From positions 1 to 59,423 of IMG/VR virus record IMGVR_UViG_3300044723_010080: a DNA stretch of 59,423 nucleotides; one strand, given 5' to 3'. A program made the translations under genes and the position numbers. The stretch comes from a virus. Its lineage: Duplodnaviria; Caudoviricetes. Below, piece by piece: positions 9,556 to 19,656 of this stretch (the first letter of the stretch is position 1; the number at the start of each line of letters is the position of its first letter). Below the pieces are notes generated by a model that searched no databases, was not told where the DNA came from, and was given only the letters and a program-made list of their open reading frames with translations.

Positions 9556-11256
9556 ATGGCCAAGAATTTCACAGATTTCCAAGAGATAACCGGAGTTTAC
9601 ACAGCACCAACATCAGTTGATGGTGTCACAGCCGGTGTAACTGACACACAAGCCTCCTCGGGCATGTACCTGGTAGGGTACGAGATTGACGAACCACACG
9701 GTGAACGTCGATACACAATAGAAAGCGTGTTGCTGGCTGCCAGTGCTTATCATGTTGGATTGGAGAATGTTGACAACGAGAGCAAACAATACATGTTCAA
9801 CAACAGCAATTTCACAGGTTCCACAAGTGCAGACAGCATGATCATTCGTGGAGACTTGACAGTCGAGGGTGAGAATGTTGTGTTGAACACCACCATTAAC
9901 AGCACCAGTGCGCTGAGCATCGAGAGTTGGAGTCCTAGTTCTGATCTGATCACTCTGGAAGTGAATCAACGTGGACCAGGAGCTGTTGCTAGATTTTTAG
10001 AAGATGATAATTTGGTGATGGATATCGCGTCTAACGGTAACGTGGGTATTGGTGTTCAGGCCAGTGAAGATGTCACTCTGACCGTGCTTGGTGATATAAG
10101 TGCACGCGGCGACATACACACATCTGGTGCGATCAATGGTCGATATGTACAGCAAGATGGTGCCAAACTGGACAATTTACAACCATGGGCTGATGTGACT
10201 GCTCTGAATTTGAGTGATGTTGAAGCTCGGATGACCTGGCTAGCAGCCAATGCACCTGAACACGCGGGCATCACACCGGAAAAAGGATTTGATTTGCTGG
10301 AAGATGGATCAAGTTACAAAAAACCACCCACCGTGATGACAACTAATGCTCCTGCAATTGGTGATTACTCAATCGAGAAAATACAAAGCGTCGAGTACCA
10401 AGCTGACAAAACAGGTGATCATAGCGCGGATATCATTTTCAATGACATTCCAGATGGACCATGGACACAGGATGTACACAGCACGTATGTGAAAGTAACC
10501 AGCGCCAATCATGATCGATTGACAAGTTTACGTGGAGTTGAATCCATGCTGTTTGCTGGTGATGATGGTGTGGATCTGAATCCATCACATATCGCTGGTG
10601 CTTATCATGCCGCGTATCCGGATTTTTGGAGTTCGGCTGATGAAATCGAATACAGAAACATAGTGCTTCCTCAACTTAGCGACATACACACTGTACTTTC
10701 AACAAGCAGTGCTGAATGGAACAGTGCTGATGACCGGCTAGACAATCGTATGGATGAGTGGATATCCACATACAATACTGTTCATACACAAAGTGGTTAC
10801 TGGTATGATACTAGTACTAATTACGGATTGAGCGGTAATTTATGGAATGATGCTGCATATAACTGGTCGCTGAGTGGTGAAGAAATTTTCGAAACTGTTA
10901 ATATTGTGTTTACAAAAGGTCCCAATTGGGACAGCACATACACAACTGTTACGACTGCTAGCTCCAACTGGCATGACACATATACTAGTGTCAATACAAC
11001 CAGTTCATCATGGGATGCTAGTGTGAAAAACACACCAAATTTAGATTTGTCTCCACGTGAATTACCAGCTGGTGAAGCAGACTTGAAGAAGGTCAATATC
11101 ACAGAGAGTCTCACTGCACAAGACGAAGTTAGACTTGGTGGAGAAGTGTTTGTGTTGAGCGCTGGAGAATGGAAGCCAGGACTCACAACTGAAATTAATG
11201 TCGGTGGTGATGTTTTAGTATATGTTGACGGGTTACTAGTCGATATCAGGACATAA
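9556..11256 (+). CDS. Virion structural/fibre protein with Trp-periodic coiled-coil repeats
   Basis: GNVGIG motif, W-periodic S/T-rich repeats, and DGAKLD plus a C-terminal GGDVLVYVDGLL motif shared with the 43003 gene. Confidence 0.7.
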   Translation: MAKNFTDFQEITGVYTAPTSVDGVTAGVTDTQASSGMYLVGYEIDEPHGERRYTIESVLLAASAYHVGLENVDNESKQYMFNNSNFTGSTSADSMIIRGDLTVEGENVVLNTTINSTSALSIESWSPSSDLITLEVNQRGPGAVARFLEDDNLVMDIASNGNVGIGVQASEDVTLTVLGDISARGDIHTSGAINGRYVQQDGAKLDNLQPWADVTALNLSDVEARMTWLAANAPEHAGITPEKGFDLLEDGSSYKKPPTVMTTNAPAIGDYSIEKIQSVEYQADKTGDHSADIIFNDIPDGPWTQDVHSTYVKVTSANHDRLTSLRGVESMLFAGDDGVDLNPSHIAGAYHAAYPDFWSSADEIEYRNIVLPQLSDIHTVLSTSSAEWNSADDRLDNRMDEWISTYNTVHTQSGYWYDTSTNYGLSGNLWNDAAYNWSLSGEEIFETVNIVFTKGPNWDSTYTTVTTASSNWHDTYTSVNTTSSSWDASVKNTPNLDLSPRELPAGEADLKKVNITESLTAQDEVRLGGEVFVLSAGEWKPGLTTEINVGGDVLVYVDGLLVDIRT

Positions 11257-11259
11257 TAA

Positions 11260-11340
11260 ATGAGTGATATAATCATAACATTTGGCAGGCAATTCAAGAG
11301 AGTAAGAAAGACCACAACCACATCTAACAACTCTGACTAA
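11260..11340 (+). CDS. 26-aa peptide sharing a T[FL]GRQF motif with the downstream gene
   Basis: MSDIIITFGRQFKRVRKTTTTSNNSD fills the intergenic gap. The motif matches MPVYTLGRQFS of the next gene with synonymous DNA changes. Confidence 0.5.
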   Translation: MSDIIITFGRQFKRVRKTTTTSNNSD

Positions 11341-11368
11341 CTTTCAGTGCATATCGATAAATATTGAT

Positions 11369-11902
11369 ATGCCTGTATACACATTAGGTAGACAATTCTC
11401 TTTTAAATTCAGAGGTGAAACACCAGACCCAATTGGTGGTACAGGTAGTACCAGCCTCACCGGTGTTTCTGGAATGGATTCAGACGGTGATGGATACAAT
11501 GATGAGTTGGATGCATTTTGGAACGATCCAACAGAATGGCTTGATACAGATGCTGACGGTGTGGGTGATAACGCAGATCAATTTCCAAACGACCCGGCCG
11601 AGACAATTGATACAGATGGTGATGGTGTTGGAGATAATGCCGATGTGTTTCCACAATCATCTACCGAATGGCAGGATTCTGACGCAGATGGTGTTGGTGA
11701 CAACACAGATTTGTATCCGTTGGATCCGACAAGATCTCTAACATTCAACATCACATTGACTGGGTTGGAGCAAGATATAAAATTATCAGACATCGACACA
11801 GTCGGTACAATGGCTTTCGCGACTGACACACAGAAGTTAATGGTGTTCAACAACACAACAGGTCTGGCTCAATGGTCTGAATACAACAGTGAGGAAGAAT
11901 AA
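11369..11902 (+). CDS. Thrombospondin type 3-like Ca2+-binding repeat protein
   Basis: Four D(S/T)D(G/A)DG..D..D.(F/Y)..DP-type repeats of 23 aa; C-terminal GTMAFATDT module. Confidence 0.75.
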   Translation: MPVYTLGRQFSFKFRGETPDPIGGTGSTSLTGVSGMDSDGDGYNDELDAFWNDPTEWLDTDADGVGDNADQFPNDPAETIDTDGDGVGDNADVFPQSSTEWQDSDADGVGDNTDLYPLDPTRSLTFNITLTGLEQDIKLSDIDTVGTMAFATDTQKLMVFNNTTGLAQWSEYNSEEE

Positions 11903-11910
11903 ATAATGTT

Positions 11911-13368
11911 ATGAGTGTGTTGATTACATGTACAAGTGATGATAGACCGGGCAGTCCGAGCAACGGTGACTTGTTGTATGAAACAGACACCAACAAGTTG
12001 ATATTTTATTATGACGGTTGGATAACATACGGGCAATCCAACACATCAACAGGTGGCGAGACACCCACGATCGTTTTTACAGATGGTGAATCATCTTTAA
12101 TTCAATCGTTGTCAAGCGAGAGTCAAACAGGAGACATGTTTCTTGACACATCACCTGGACTCAATGAACTGAGTGTGTTGACCAACACGACCAGCTCCAT
12201 ATTCCAGTTTGATAATCTCAACACCAACAGAATATCTGCAAGGTTTCTCAGAACAGAGAAAAGCAGACCTACCATGTTATCTATTGATCAATACATAACT
12301 GGTGTTGATCAAAATATTTCACAAATGTTGTCAGCCGGTGACATAACAACAACATCCGCAACACCGGATCTATTTTATGTGTATGACGACGATTTGAATA
12401 GTAATCGAGTTGTGGTGTTCGGCAAGCTCAATGATACACAAGCCAATCTGTTTCAATCTCAAACAGATATTGACATGAAGGCTGTAGCTCAAACAACAAC
12501 ACAGCAGTTGAGCACACAACCGATTGATCATGCCGTGACAAGTGTTAGTTCTGTAGATTCAAATGACGAGACACATGGTGTGTACAATCCTGTCAATTCA
12601 GGTGTGTATGGCTTCAAAACAAACAAGTTGTCACACAACACAAGTTTCAACATGACTTGTTCGAGTGATGGTGTGCGTAATTACTCTGGTAGATACATAG
12701 CAACAGGTAATGGATGGGTGGAAAACTCAGCAGGACCATACAGTTTTGACATGTGGTTTTATTTATTGCCATCAATACCTGCTCACACAAACAGGCAGTT
12801 GTTTGGATATAGTAGTAATCAATTAGTATGTACTATAGATGACGCGGGTTCATATTTGAGCACCACCGGTTCATATTTTGATACTTTTCAAACAGCTCCA
12901 GGCAGTGTGGAGTTAAACAGATGGCATCGAGTAACAAACACAAGAGATGAAGACGGTAATGGCAACACATATCTAGATGGTCAATTGGTACACACATACA
13001 TATACACAGGTAACATGTATTTGAGAGAGATGGCTGGTGACCCGGCTTATAGCTACAATAACAATTACATGCACGGTTATGTGTATAGTATTGGTGGATG
13101 GAAACGTGCTCTGACTAGTGATGAAATATCAAGCATGAACGATCCAACAAACACACACAAACACACACCTTACTTCTGGTTGTTTCCATCGATCGAGAAA
13201 GATGTAGCATCAGCAAGGTACAATAAATGTAGAAACGTGATGAATGTGTACACACCAAATACTTCGATTGTGCAGTATCAAACTGACCCAACCAACAGGT
13301 CCGTAACAGTCAGTAACTTTGATCAATTTGAGCAACAACAACTTTATATTGAACAATCACCCTTTTAA
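11911..13368 (+). CDS. Virion appendage protein with LamG/concanavalin A-like domain
   Basis: N-terminal RPGSPSNGDLLYETDTNKL..Y..GW attachment module; SFDMWF...WHRVT...YLDG...RALTSDEI LamG pattern. Confidence 0.75.
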   Translation: MSVLITCTSDDRPGSPSNGDLLYETDTNKLIFYYDGWITYGQSNTSTGGETPTIVFTDGESSLIQSLSSESQTGDMFLDTSPGLNELSVLTNTTSSIFQFDNLNTNRISARFLRTEKSRPTMLSIDQYITGVDQNISQMLSAGDITTTSATPDLFYVYDDDLNSNRVVVFGKLNDTQANLFQSQTDIDMKAVAQTTTQQLSTQPIDHAVTSVSSVDSNDETHGVYNPVNSGVYGFKTNKLSHNTSFNMTCSSDGVRNYSGRYIATGNGWVENSAGPYSFDMWFYLLPSIPAHTNRQLFGYSSNQLVCTIDDAGSYLSTTGSYFDTFQTAPGSVELNRWHRVTNTRDEDGNGNTYLDGQLVHTYIYTGNMYLREMAGDPAYSYNNNYMHGYVYSIGGWKRALTSDEISSMNDPTNTHKHTPYFWLFPSIEKDVASARYNKCRNVMNVYTPNTSIVQYQTDPTNRSVTVSNFDQFEQQQLYIEQSPF

Positions 13369-13373
13369 CGATC

Positions 13374-14522
13374 ATGACAACAACCAACATAACAACTTAT
13401 AAAACAGGCACAACACAAGAGATTTTGAATCTTGATCCGAGTACACCTGGTACAATCGCAATAGCAACAGACACAAACAGCATGTTTATCTCTAACGGTA
13501 CAGGCTGGAGTGAGACTGTAGTTAACAAGAGATTAGGTTTACAATATTCATTAACCAACGGTGACACAATAGGTGAAACACCAATCTTGCATTTTGATGC
13601 AAACAATAGGAACACTTTGTTGAATGCAACAGGTTCCACATGTGTTGATGGAGATGAGGTTGCTATTTGGAATAGTTTGAAGAGTTCAGAGAGGCTTATA
13701 CAAGATGTACATTCAAGACCAACATATGTATCACAAAACGCGAACAACAAACCAGGCGTCAATTGTGATCCAAGAGACGGCATGTTTCTCGACACCTCAA
13801 TAACACCCAAGCGGTCTGGTTCATTTTCATTCATACTTGTGTATACACCTACAAGAGAAGATCATGAGCGTGTGTATACAGGTCCTGGTGATAGTTCAAC
13901 CTCTAACAACGTCGGTGGTAGATATTCATACAGTAAATTTCAAACTAGATACAGCACATCATTTCACGAACTTCTGTTCGCATCAGATTACAATCGATCA
14001 CCAGACAGGACAAGTGACACTATATATGCATCATTATATCAATACACAAGTGACGAGACTATGAGAATGTATCATGCTGGTGGATACATGGGTTATTTTG
14101 CTCAGCTTGATGGACGTTATGATAAGACTTTGTTGAGTGATGATAATTCTGTAGATGATTACTTTCATTACAACGAGAATTACAGAGGCAAACCTCAAAT
14201 ATTGAGTGTGCGTGTGAACGCGACACAAGGTAGTGACCCGACTTACATGAGCACAATACTACACACTTGGCACAATCAATGGCTCAACAGTGGTCGTAAC
14301 ATTTTCAACGGCAATATAAGCACTCCGAATCCAACATTACATAAGATGAGTATCGGTGGATATGGTGTACTTGATACACCTGGAGCATATTTGAGCCCCA
14401 ACATGTATCACGAGTTGTTGGTTTTTGGTAGTTATTTGAGTGACAAGGATCTAAACACACTCGGCACACAATTGTATCAAAAATGGGGTACTCGTTTCTG
14501 GGATTTAACATTCGAAATTTAA
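13374..14522 (+). CDS. LamG-like paralog 1 (putative lectin/adhesion protein)
   Basis: ATDT N-terminal module, PILHFDA motif and C-terminal ELLVF..LSD...LG..L..KW. Confidence 0.65.
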   Translation: MTTTNITTYKTGTTQEILNLDPSTPGTIAIATDTNSMFISNGTGWSETVVNKRLGLQYSLTNGDTIGETPILHFDANNRNTLLNATGSTCVDGDEVAIWNSLKSSERLIQDVHSRPTYVSQNANNKPGVNCDPRDGMFLDTSITPKRSGSFSFILVYTPTREDHERVYTGPGDSSTSNNVGGRYSYSKFQTRYSTSFHELLFASDYNRSPDRTSDTIYASLYQYTSDETMRMYHAGGYMGYFAQLDGRYDKTLLSDDNSVDDYFHYNENYRGKPQILSVRVNATQGSDPTYMSTILHTWHNQWLNSGRNIFNGNISTPNPTLHKMSIGGYGVLDTPGAYLSPNMYHELLVFGSYLSDKDLNTLGTQLYQKWGTRFWDLTFEI

Positions 14523-14528
14523 TTTATC

Positions 14529-15644
14529 ATGGCTATACAAACACAACAAATATCAAAATATGTGCGAGACACAGAACACAACATTCTGAGATCAGACAAA
14601 TCCATTTCCGGTGTGTGGTCATTCGCTGTTGACACAGGCAATATATTCTTGACATATCAAGGCTCGTTGATACAATGGAACCCACGTGACAAAAAGTTGA
14701 CCAATTACACCATCGGATCATATGATTACACATGTCAACCGATCATACACATCGATGCATCTGACATCACAACATTGAAAAATCATAATTTTCAAACTCC
14801 AGAAGATGGTCATAGTGTTGTTCAAGCCACTAGTGTTGCTCGTGGTGGTGCTGCACTATTCGAACAATTGACAGGTTCAAAAAGTCCAGTGTTCAGACAA
14901 AATGAGCTAGGGTCCAGTTTGCATGCGATTCGATTCAGCAACGGTGCGTACATGAACACTGACTCAACATTCAACACCACAACACACCATGGTGCGTTCA
15001 CTGTCATGATGGTGTTGAGATTCTTACCTACATTCGCTAATTTTGATGCACATGGAAAAACAGACACCATACCAGGTACAAACGAGTGGTTACTTGATAA
15101 CATGAACCCAGGTGCTAGTTTTAACACTGGCCTTTTTCATGGTACAGTTTCACGCAGATCAACACTTCATCAATCAAACATTGGCGCAGGGATGAGATGG
15201 TCTGCAACCAATCATAGCTGGCGTGTTGAACCTGGAATCAGCGGCAACGGTTTGTATCAAATTGACAATCAAGAAGGTGACTGGGAGAATAGAATGTGGC
15301 AAAATTATGTTAACCCTCTAGAGGCATACAACAGCAATCCGCTCACAGACACAATCATCTTGTGTTTCGAGTTTCCAGACACTCGTGATGATCCACGTGG
15401 TTCTCACTTCATCAGAGTGTCTACTGGTGGTCGTGCTCGTACGTATTCCATGTGGGTATATTATCCGAGCTTGATCAAAGGATTCACGGTGGGGAATTGG
15501 AACGGTTGGTTCACTGGCAGTGGTGGTCATTTCGATCTAGGAGAGATGCTCGTTTTCAACAATGCGTTTGACCGATCATCCATGAACACACTCGGTACAC
15601 ATCTGTCAAACAAATGGAACGCCACATGGATTAATTTCGAATAA
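14529..15644 (+). CDS. LamG-like paralog 2
   Basis: AVDT module, PIIHIDA motif and EMLVFN...LGTHLSNKW. Confidence 0.65.
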   Translation: MAIQTQQISKYVRDTEHNILRSDKSISGVWSFAVDTGNIFLTYQGSLIQWNPRDKKLTNYTIGSYDYTCQPIIHIDASDITTLKNHNFQTPEDGHSVVQATSVARGGAALFEQLTGSKSPVFRQNELGSSLHAIRFSNGAYMNTDSTFNTTTHHGAFTVMMVLRFLPTFANFDAHGKTDTIPGTNEWLLDNMNPGASFNTGLFHGTVSRRSTLHQSNIGAGMRWSATNHSWRVEPGISGNGLYQIDNQEGDWENRMWQNYVNPLEAYNSNPLTDTIILCFEFPDTRDDPRGSHFIRVSTGGRARTYSMWVYYPSLIKGFTVGNWNGWFTGSGGHFDLGEMLVFNNAFDRSSMNTLGTHLSNKWNATWINFE

Positions 15645-16762
15645 TGAACATTTCAGACGTCACACAATACATCTCTGATACAGCAGCTAACATCTTGTCT
15701 AGCGATCCGGCAAGCACACGTGTTGGGGTGGCAACGGACACAGATCAACTGTTCATTTCAGATGGCACAAAGTGGACATCACAATCGAGCACCAACACAT
15801 TCAACAAACCATGGGCGTTGGCCACGGGCGACATACTCTCACAAACACCACTGCTACAGTTTGACGCAAGTTTGTTATCATCTCTGACCAACAACACAGG
15901 TAACGCTCCATCGGTTGGTGATCCGATCGCAATCTGGAAATCGCTTCGCAACAACAGTCAGTTCATCGAGAAACGAGCAATCAACCAACCAACATACAGT
16001 ACCAACGCGACTTCCAGAAACACTGCTGGTGTGCTGTTTGATGGCGTGTCCAACATGTCAATAGACAGGAGCATGGGCTCTCTAATAAATTTACCAATAA
16101 CGGTTTTCACCGTGTACACACCAACACGCGATTCTCGTACCATGCGTGTGCATGACGGATCCAGTAGCACCACTGTTTTGCCTGGAGGACGTTACTCAAG
16201 ATCTGAACTCGGTAACCATACCAATTATGTGTGGAGCAATCGTGAGCTACGCGGACAGGTCAGCCATAACGCGACTTACTTTTCCGGTTGTATTGAGTTA
16301 TCACATCAACACAGCAATCAATACGAATATCAGAGGATAGGAACCAGCATCAACAACTCGATAACATACCCACAATACAATTACAGTGCCGGTGATTTGT
16401 TTGACCATCGTAACAACAATTTTCTAGGCAAAACACAGATTCATGTTTTTCAGATCAATCAACATGAATTTCACACGTTGAGACAACCATACATCGATGT
16501 GATCAACACTCATCTCACATGGAGTCCTGTGATCGATAGTGACAAAGCTTACGAGGTTACCACACAGTACACGGATCGTGGATTCAACATGAACTCAATA
16601 CAACTTGGTAATCAGAGTTCATACAACACTGTACATGAACTGATGATATTCAATCAACATCTTCCACAACATGAATTGGGAATGATTGGTGCTCACTTGT
16701 TTGACAAATGGTGTGACACAGATCAAACGTTACTCAAATTCAACAACGGTATACACACATGA
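15644..16762 (+). CDS. LamG-like paralog 3
   Basis: ATDT module, PLLQFDA motif and ELMIFN...IGAHLFDKW. Confidence 0.65.
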   Translation: MNISDVTQYISDTAANILSSDPASTRVGVATDTDQLFISDGTKWTSQSSTNTFNKPWALATGDILSQTPLLQFDASLLSSLTNNTGNAPSVGDPIAIWKSLRNNSQFIEKRAINQPTYSTNATSRNTAGVLFDGVSNMSIDRSMGSLINLPITVFTVYTPTRDSRTMRVHDGSSSTTVLPGGRYSRSELGNHTNYVWSNRELRGQVSHNATYFSGCIELSHQHSNQYEYQRIGTSINNSITYPQYNYSAGDLFDHRNNNFLGKTQIHVFQINQHEFHTLRQPYIDVINTHLTWSPVIDSDKAYEVTTQYTDRGFNMNSIQLGNQSSYNTVHELMIFNQHLPQHELGMIGAHLFDKWCDTDQTLLKFNNGIHT

Positions 16763-17817
16763 CAACACAAAACATATCCAAATACATTTCAGACACCAAA
16801 AGAAACATTCTGACAGCTGATGTGTCCGACAACACATTTGCACATGCAATTGACACAAACGAGCTGCTGCTCAAACGTGATGGTAGCTGGATCGAGTGGA
16901 GATTCGATCACAACACAGGTTTCTATCAACTGCCAGGCACCAGCATTGTTCTCAATCACACACCTCTGACACATCTGGATATATCCAACACAAACACAAA
17001 GATACACAACAGTGATGGTGTTGACGCTAGAAACATATCATCGTCAATCGATCGTGTATATGCTCAAGCTGGATCATGGAGCATGTCGAACAACAACGAT
17101 CAAGCACCACCATCATATCACGACAATCTGATAAACAACATGCCAGGTTTACGATTCCTCTCATACAACAGTTTGGTTACCACTGATCATCATGTGAGAC
17201 AACGTGTGTATCATGGCAATTTCACGGCATTCATCGTGGTTGAGTTACGCAAATATTACGAAAGTTTAGACTCTAATGAGCTACACGACAGCATGGATCG
17301 TATCATTGATGGTATGTTTTGGGGGTCACATGCGGTGCACATTGGTATCGATGGTATTGGTGGTAACAACATAGGTTTGTGGTATGATCGTACTTATTCC
17401 GGAACAACCGGTTATCTGTACATCAGGCCCATGGGCTTGGGCATGCATAATAGTCATCACGTTCAAATAAGAAGCGACAATGAACCGTTTGTCAGTGGCA
17501 CGGATCTCTCCACCTCACCAATGGTCATATGCTCACAATATCACTCAGCATACAATGGTGTTGGATACTCGAACGAGTCTAGTGAGGTTGATTTTGACCC
17601 CACGAGTAGCATAGCGTCAGTCAACGTGTGTAACTATCAAACTTACACTGCACAATCCGTCACCTTCACACACACACTCAATGGTCTCAGATTTGGAGGC
17701 AAGGGTGGTTTCAATCTAGGTGAGTACATGTTGTTCAACAGTGCATTATCCACTGATGAGATAAACAGCGTTGGATCACATCTAGCAACAAAATGGGGCA
17801 GCGTTTGGCAATCATGA
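16759..17817 (+). CDS. LamG-like paralog 4
   Basis: AIDT module, PLTHLDI motif and EYMLFN...VGSHLATKW. Confidence 0.65.
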   Translation: MTTQNISKYISDTKRNILTADVSDNTFAHAIDTNELLLKRDGSWIEWRFDHNTGFYQLPGTSIVLNHTPLTHLDISNTNTKIHNSDGVDARNISSSIDRVYAQAGSWSMSNNNDQAPPSYHDNLINNMPGLRFLSYNSLVTTDHHVRQRVYHGNFTAFIVVELRKYYESLDSNELHDSMDRIIDGMFWGSHAVHIGIDGIGGNNIGLWYDRTYSGTTGYLYIRPMGLGMHNSHHVQIRSDNEPFVSGTDLSTSPMVICSQYHSAYNGVGYSNESSEVDFDPTSSIASVNVCNYQTYTAQSVTFTHTLNGLRFGGKGGFNLGEYMLFNSALSTDEINSVGSHLATKWGSVWQS

Positions 17818-18077
17818 AATACATAATATCACAATCATTAACACATGCACTCTCCACTGTGTCACATATAGAGAGCAATTTAAATCTCACAAAAAACGAA
17901 CATGTAATTACATACGCAGAACCAGAGCTCATCTCTAATACATCACACGAATTGAGTGGTCACTACGTGATACCAATCGCAGATTTCGGGTGGTTGAAAT
18001 GTGATCAACTGTTCGATTCTCAACTGCTAGTCGATCAAGATATCACGTGGTTTGATACAGTCTCAACATCAGAATGA
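17814..18077 (+). CDS. Hypothetical protein (87 aa)
   Basis: ATG at 17814 overlaps the previous TGA (ATGA); last gene of the operon. Confidence 0.6.
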   Translation: MKYIISQSLTHALSTVSHIESNLNLTKNEHVITYAEPELISNTSHELSGHYVIPIADFGWLKCDQLFDSQLLVDQDITWFDTVSTSE

Positions 18078-18470
18078 TTATCGGTAGTTTTCTCCTGGAG
18101 AAGCCGTACACCTACAATGCACCTATATAACAGCTACAGGCAACATTGAGGTAGGTAGTCATTTCCTGTATGAATCCACTACACTAGAGCGTCACTCGTT
18201 TGAGATCTAAACTTTATGGAGAATCCCGACCTATAAACTCCGGTCTTACGACCGCTTAGACATGCCGACTTTCGTCGCGGTTCGGTGCTATGCGATTTCT
18301 TAAATCGCCGTTTTTCATCTGCCGCTCAGCAGGTGTGTTTGATTTAGCTTTGCCTCTTCCAGCAGTTCTCTCTGCCGAGTTACATACCATCTTGGAGTCA
18401 ACCACTACTCACGCTCGTGTACCGAAAACGCTGATGGGTATGCTGTAGCGTTGTTTCACACTTGTGCACT
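18078..18470 (-). ncRNA. Candidate large structured non-coding RNA (~390 nt), family unknown
   Basis: No ORF of 60 aa or more in the 441-bp gap. Many hairpins, including GNRA tetraloops on the minus strand (CGAC-GAAA-GUCG at 18266-18277; CGGUC-GUAA-GACCG at 18241-18254). Long-range helix 18443-18449/18133-18139. Promoter-like sequence upstream. Ends are approximate. Confidence 0.6.
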
Positions 18471-18476
18471 ATATAT

Positions 18477-18504
18477 ATGATAGTATACAAAAACTAGAAA
18501 TCAA
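18477..18504 (-). promoter_or_regulatory. Putative sigma70-like promoter for the candidate ncRNA
   Basis: Minus strand reads TTGATT-N16-TATCAT, back-to-back with the TAAATA element of the gp15-like gene. Confidence 0.4.
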
Positions 18505-18518
18505 CCATAAATAACTAC

Positions 18519-19592
18519 ATGCGCAGCAGTCCATTTTATTTTGAAGTTAAAGATGCCATCACACAATTTGTAGCAGCTTTCAATGATATCGTGATAAAGA
18601 GACACGATAAGTACAGAGACACAAGATCACACGTCAAGGTTAGATATGTGTATTCACCGAAACAACGTGTGATACATGACTTAACAAACAAGGCTAGGCA
18701 CATAACATTACCGGTGGTGGCTGTAAGTACATCTGGTATATCAAGAGACGAGAGCAGAGTGTTCAATAAATTATACGGTACATACCAGTCAGAGCAAGAA
18801 CGGCATCCGAGTTTTCCACGTACAGACAAAGCAGCTGTAACATACAATATACCTCAACCAGTACCAATAAACATAAGCGTCAATATGAGCATAATGGCAA
18901 GGTATCAAACAGACATCGAACAAATTTTGAGTAATTTTATACCATACAATGATCCATACATAATGATATCATGGAAAGTACCAGCTCCGTTTTTTCCAAC
19001 AGAACAGGAGATAAGATCTGAAGTATTATGGAGCGGGGACATTTCAATGGATTATCCGGAGCAACTCTCAAGCACCGAACCTTATAGACTGAGCTGTGAC
19101 ACGAGCTTCACTATAAAAACCTGGTTGTTCAAGAGAGCTAGCAATCAACCAATAAGCAACATATACAAAATAACAACAAACACCACACCAGTTTTGAATT
19201 TTGATGATTTAGATGGCGATACTCAAACATCAACAGACAACACCTTCGGACCACCGTTAACAGCAGCTCCATACATAACACATGTTGGTGAGTATGGCGA
19301 CATGAGATCTGTCATGGGATATAATTTTCAAAGCACAACAAACGTTTATCTCTCATCTACAGAGATTAATCAGTTGAGTGGTATACAAGTTGATCCACAT
19401 GGCTCTCGACAAATATCCACACATTTTCCTGCATTCACTGGTGTACCTGTTGATTTTGAAGTAGTTAACGACAATATCATCAACATAGACACAACAATTT
19501 TGAATGATAATAAATCAACAGATGTTTTAATACTAAACGCCGGAGGTTATGGTTCGATCAATTTATCTGATCATCATCAACAATTAATATAA
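18519..19592 (+). CDS. T4 gp15-like tail sheath stabilizer/terminator
   Basis: FVAAFNDIVIKR...YSPKQR...ITLP...RDESR...PVPINI...EQILSNFIPY matches the gp15 family pattern. Confidence 0.8.
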   Translation: MRSSPFYFEVKDAITQFVAAFNDIVIKRHDKYRDTRSHVKVRYVYSPKQRVIHDLTNKARHITLPVVAVSTSGISRDESRVFNKLYGTYQSEQERHPSFPRTDKAAVTYNIPQPVPINISVNMSIMARYQTDIEQILSNFIPYNDPYIMISWKVPAPFFPTEQEIRSEVLWSGDISMDYPEQLSSTEPYRLSCDTSFTIKTWLFKRASNQPISNIYKITTNTTPVLNFDDLDGDTQTSTDNTFGPPLTAAPYITHVGEYGDMRSVMGYNFQSTTNVYLSSTEINQLSGIQVDPHGSRQISTHFPAFTGVPVDFEVVNDNIINIDTTILNDNKSTDVLILNAGGYGSINLSDHHQQLI

Positions 19593-19642
19593 AAAAATAA
19601 ACATTTGAACACAACATACTGTAGTGTAAACAAGGTTACATG

Positions 19643-19650
19643 TATAAATA
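19643..19650 (+). promoter_or_regulatory. T4-type late promoter TATAAATA
   Basis: Exact T4 late consensus 6 nt before the ATG at 19657. TAAATA cores also occur at 1119, 9542, 11358, 11900, 18508, 33139, 38339, 42991, 47852 and 57235. Confidence 0.75.
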
Positions 19651-19656
19651 TTAATA

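Noticed and set aside
1-17817. Diversity-generating retroelement or invertible shufflon acting on fibre tips
   Set aside because: No reverse transcriptase or recombinase in the window, no template/variable pair with A-specific mismatches seen, and the repeats are all direct.
18078-18518. tRNA, tmRNA, RNase P, group I intron or hammerhead identity for the structured gap
   Set aside because: No T-loop/CCA end, no GAGGAAAGUC-type P4 pair, no CUGAnGA core and no interrupted flanking gene were found by eye.
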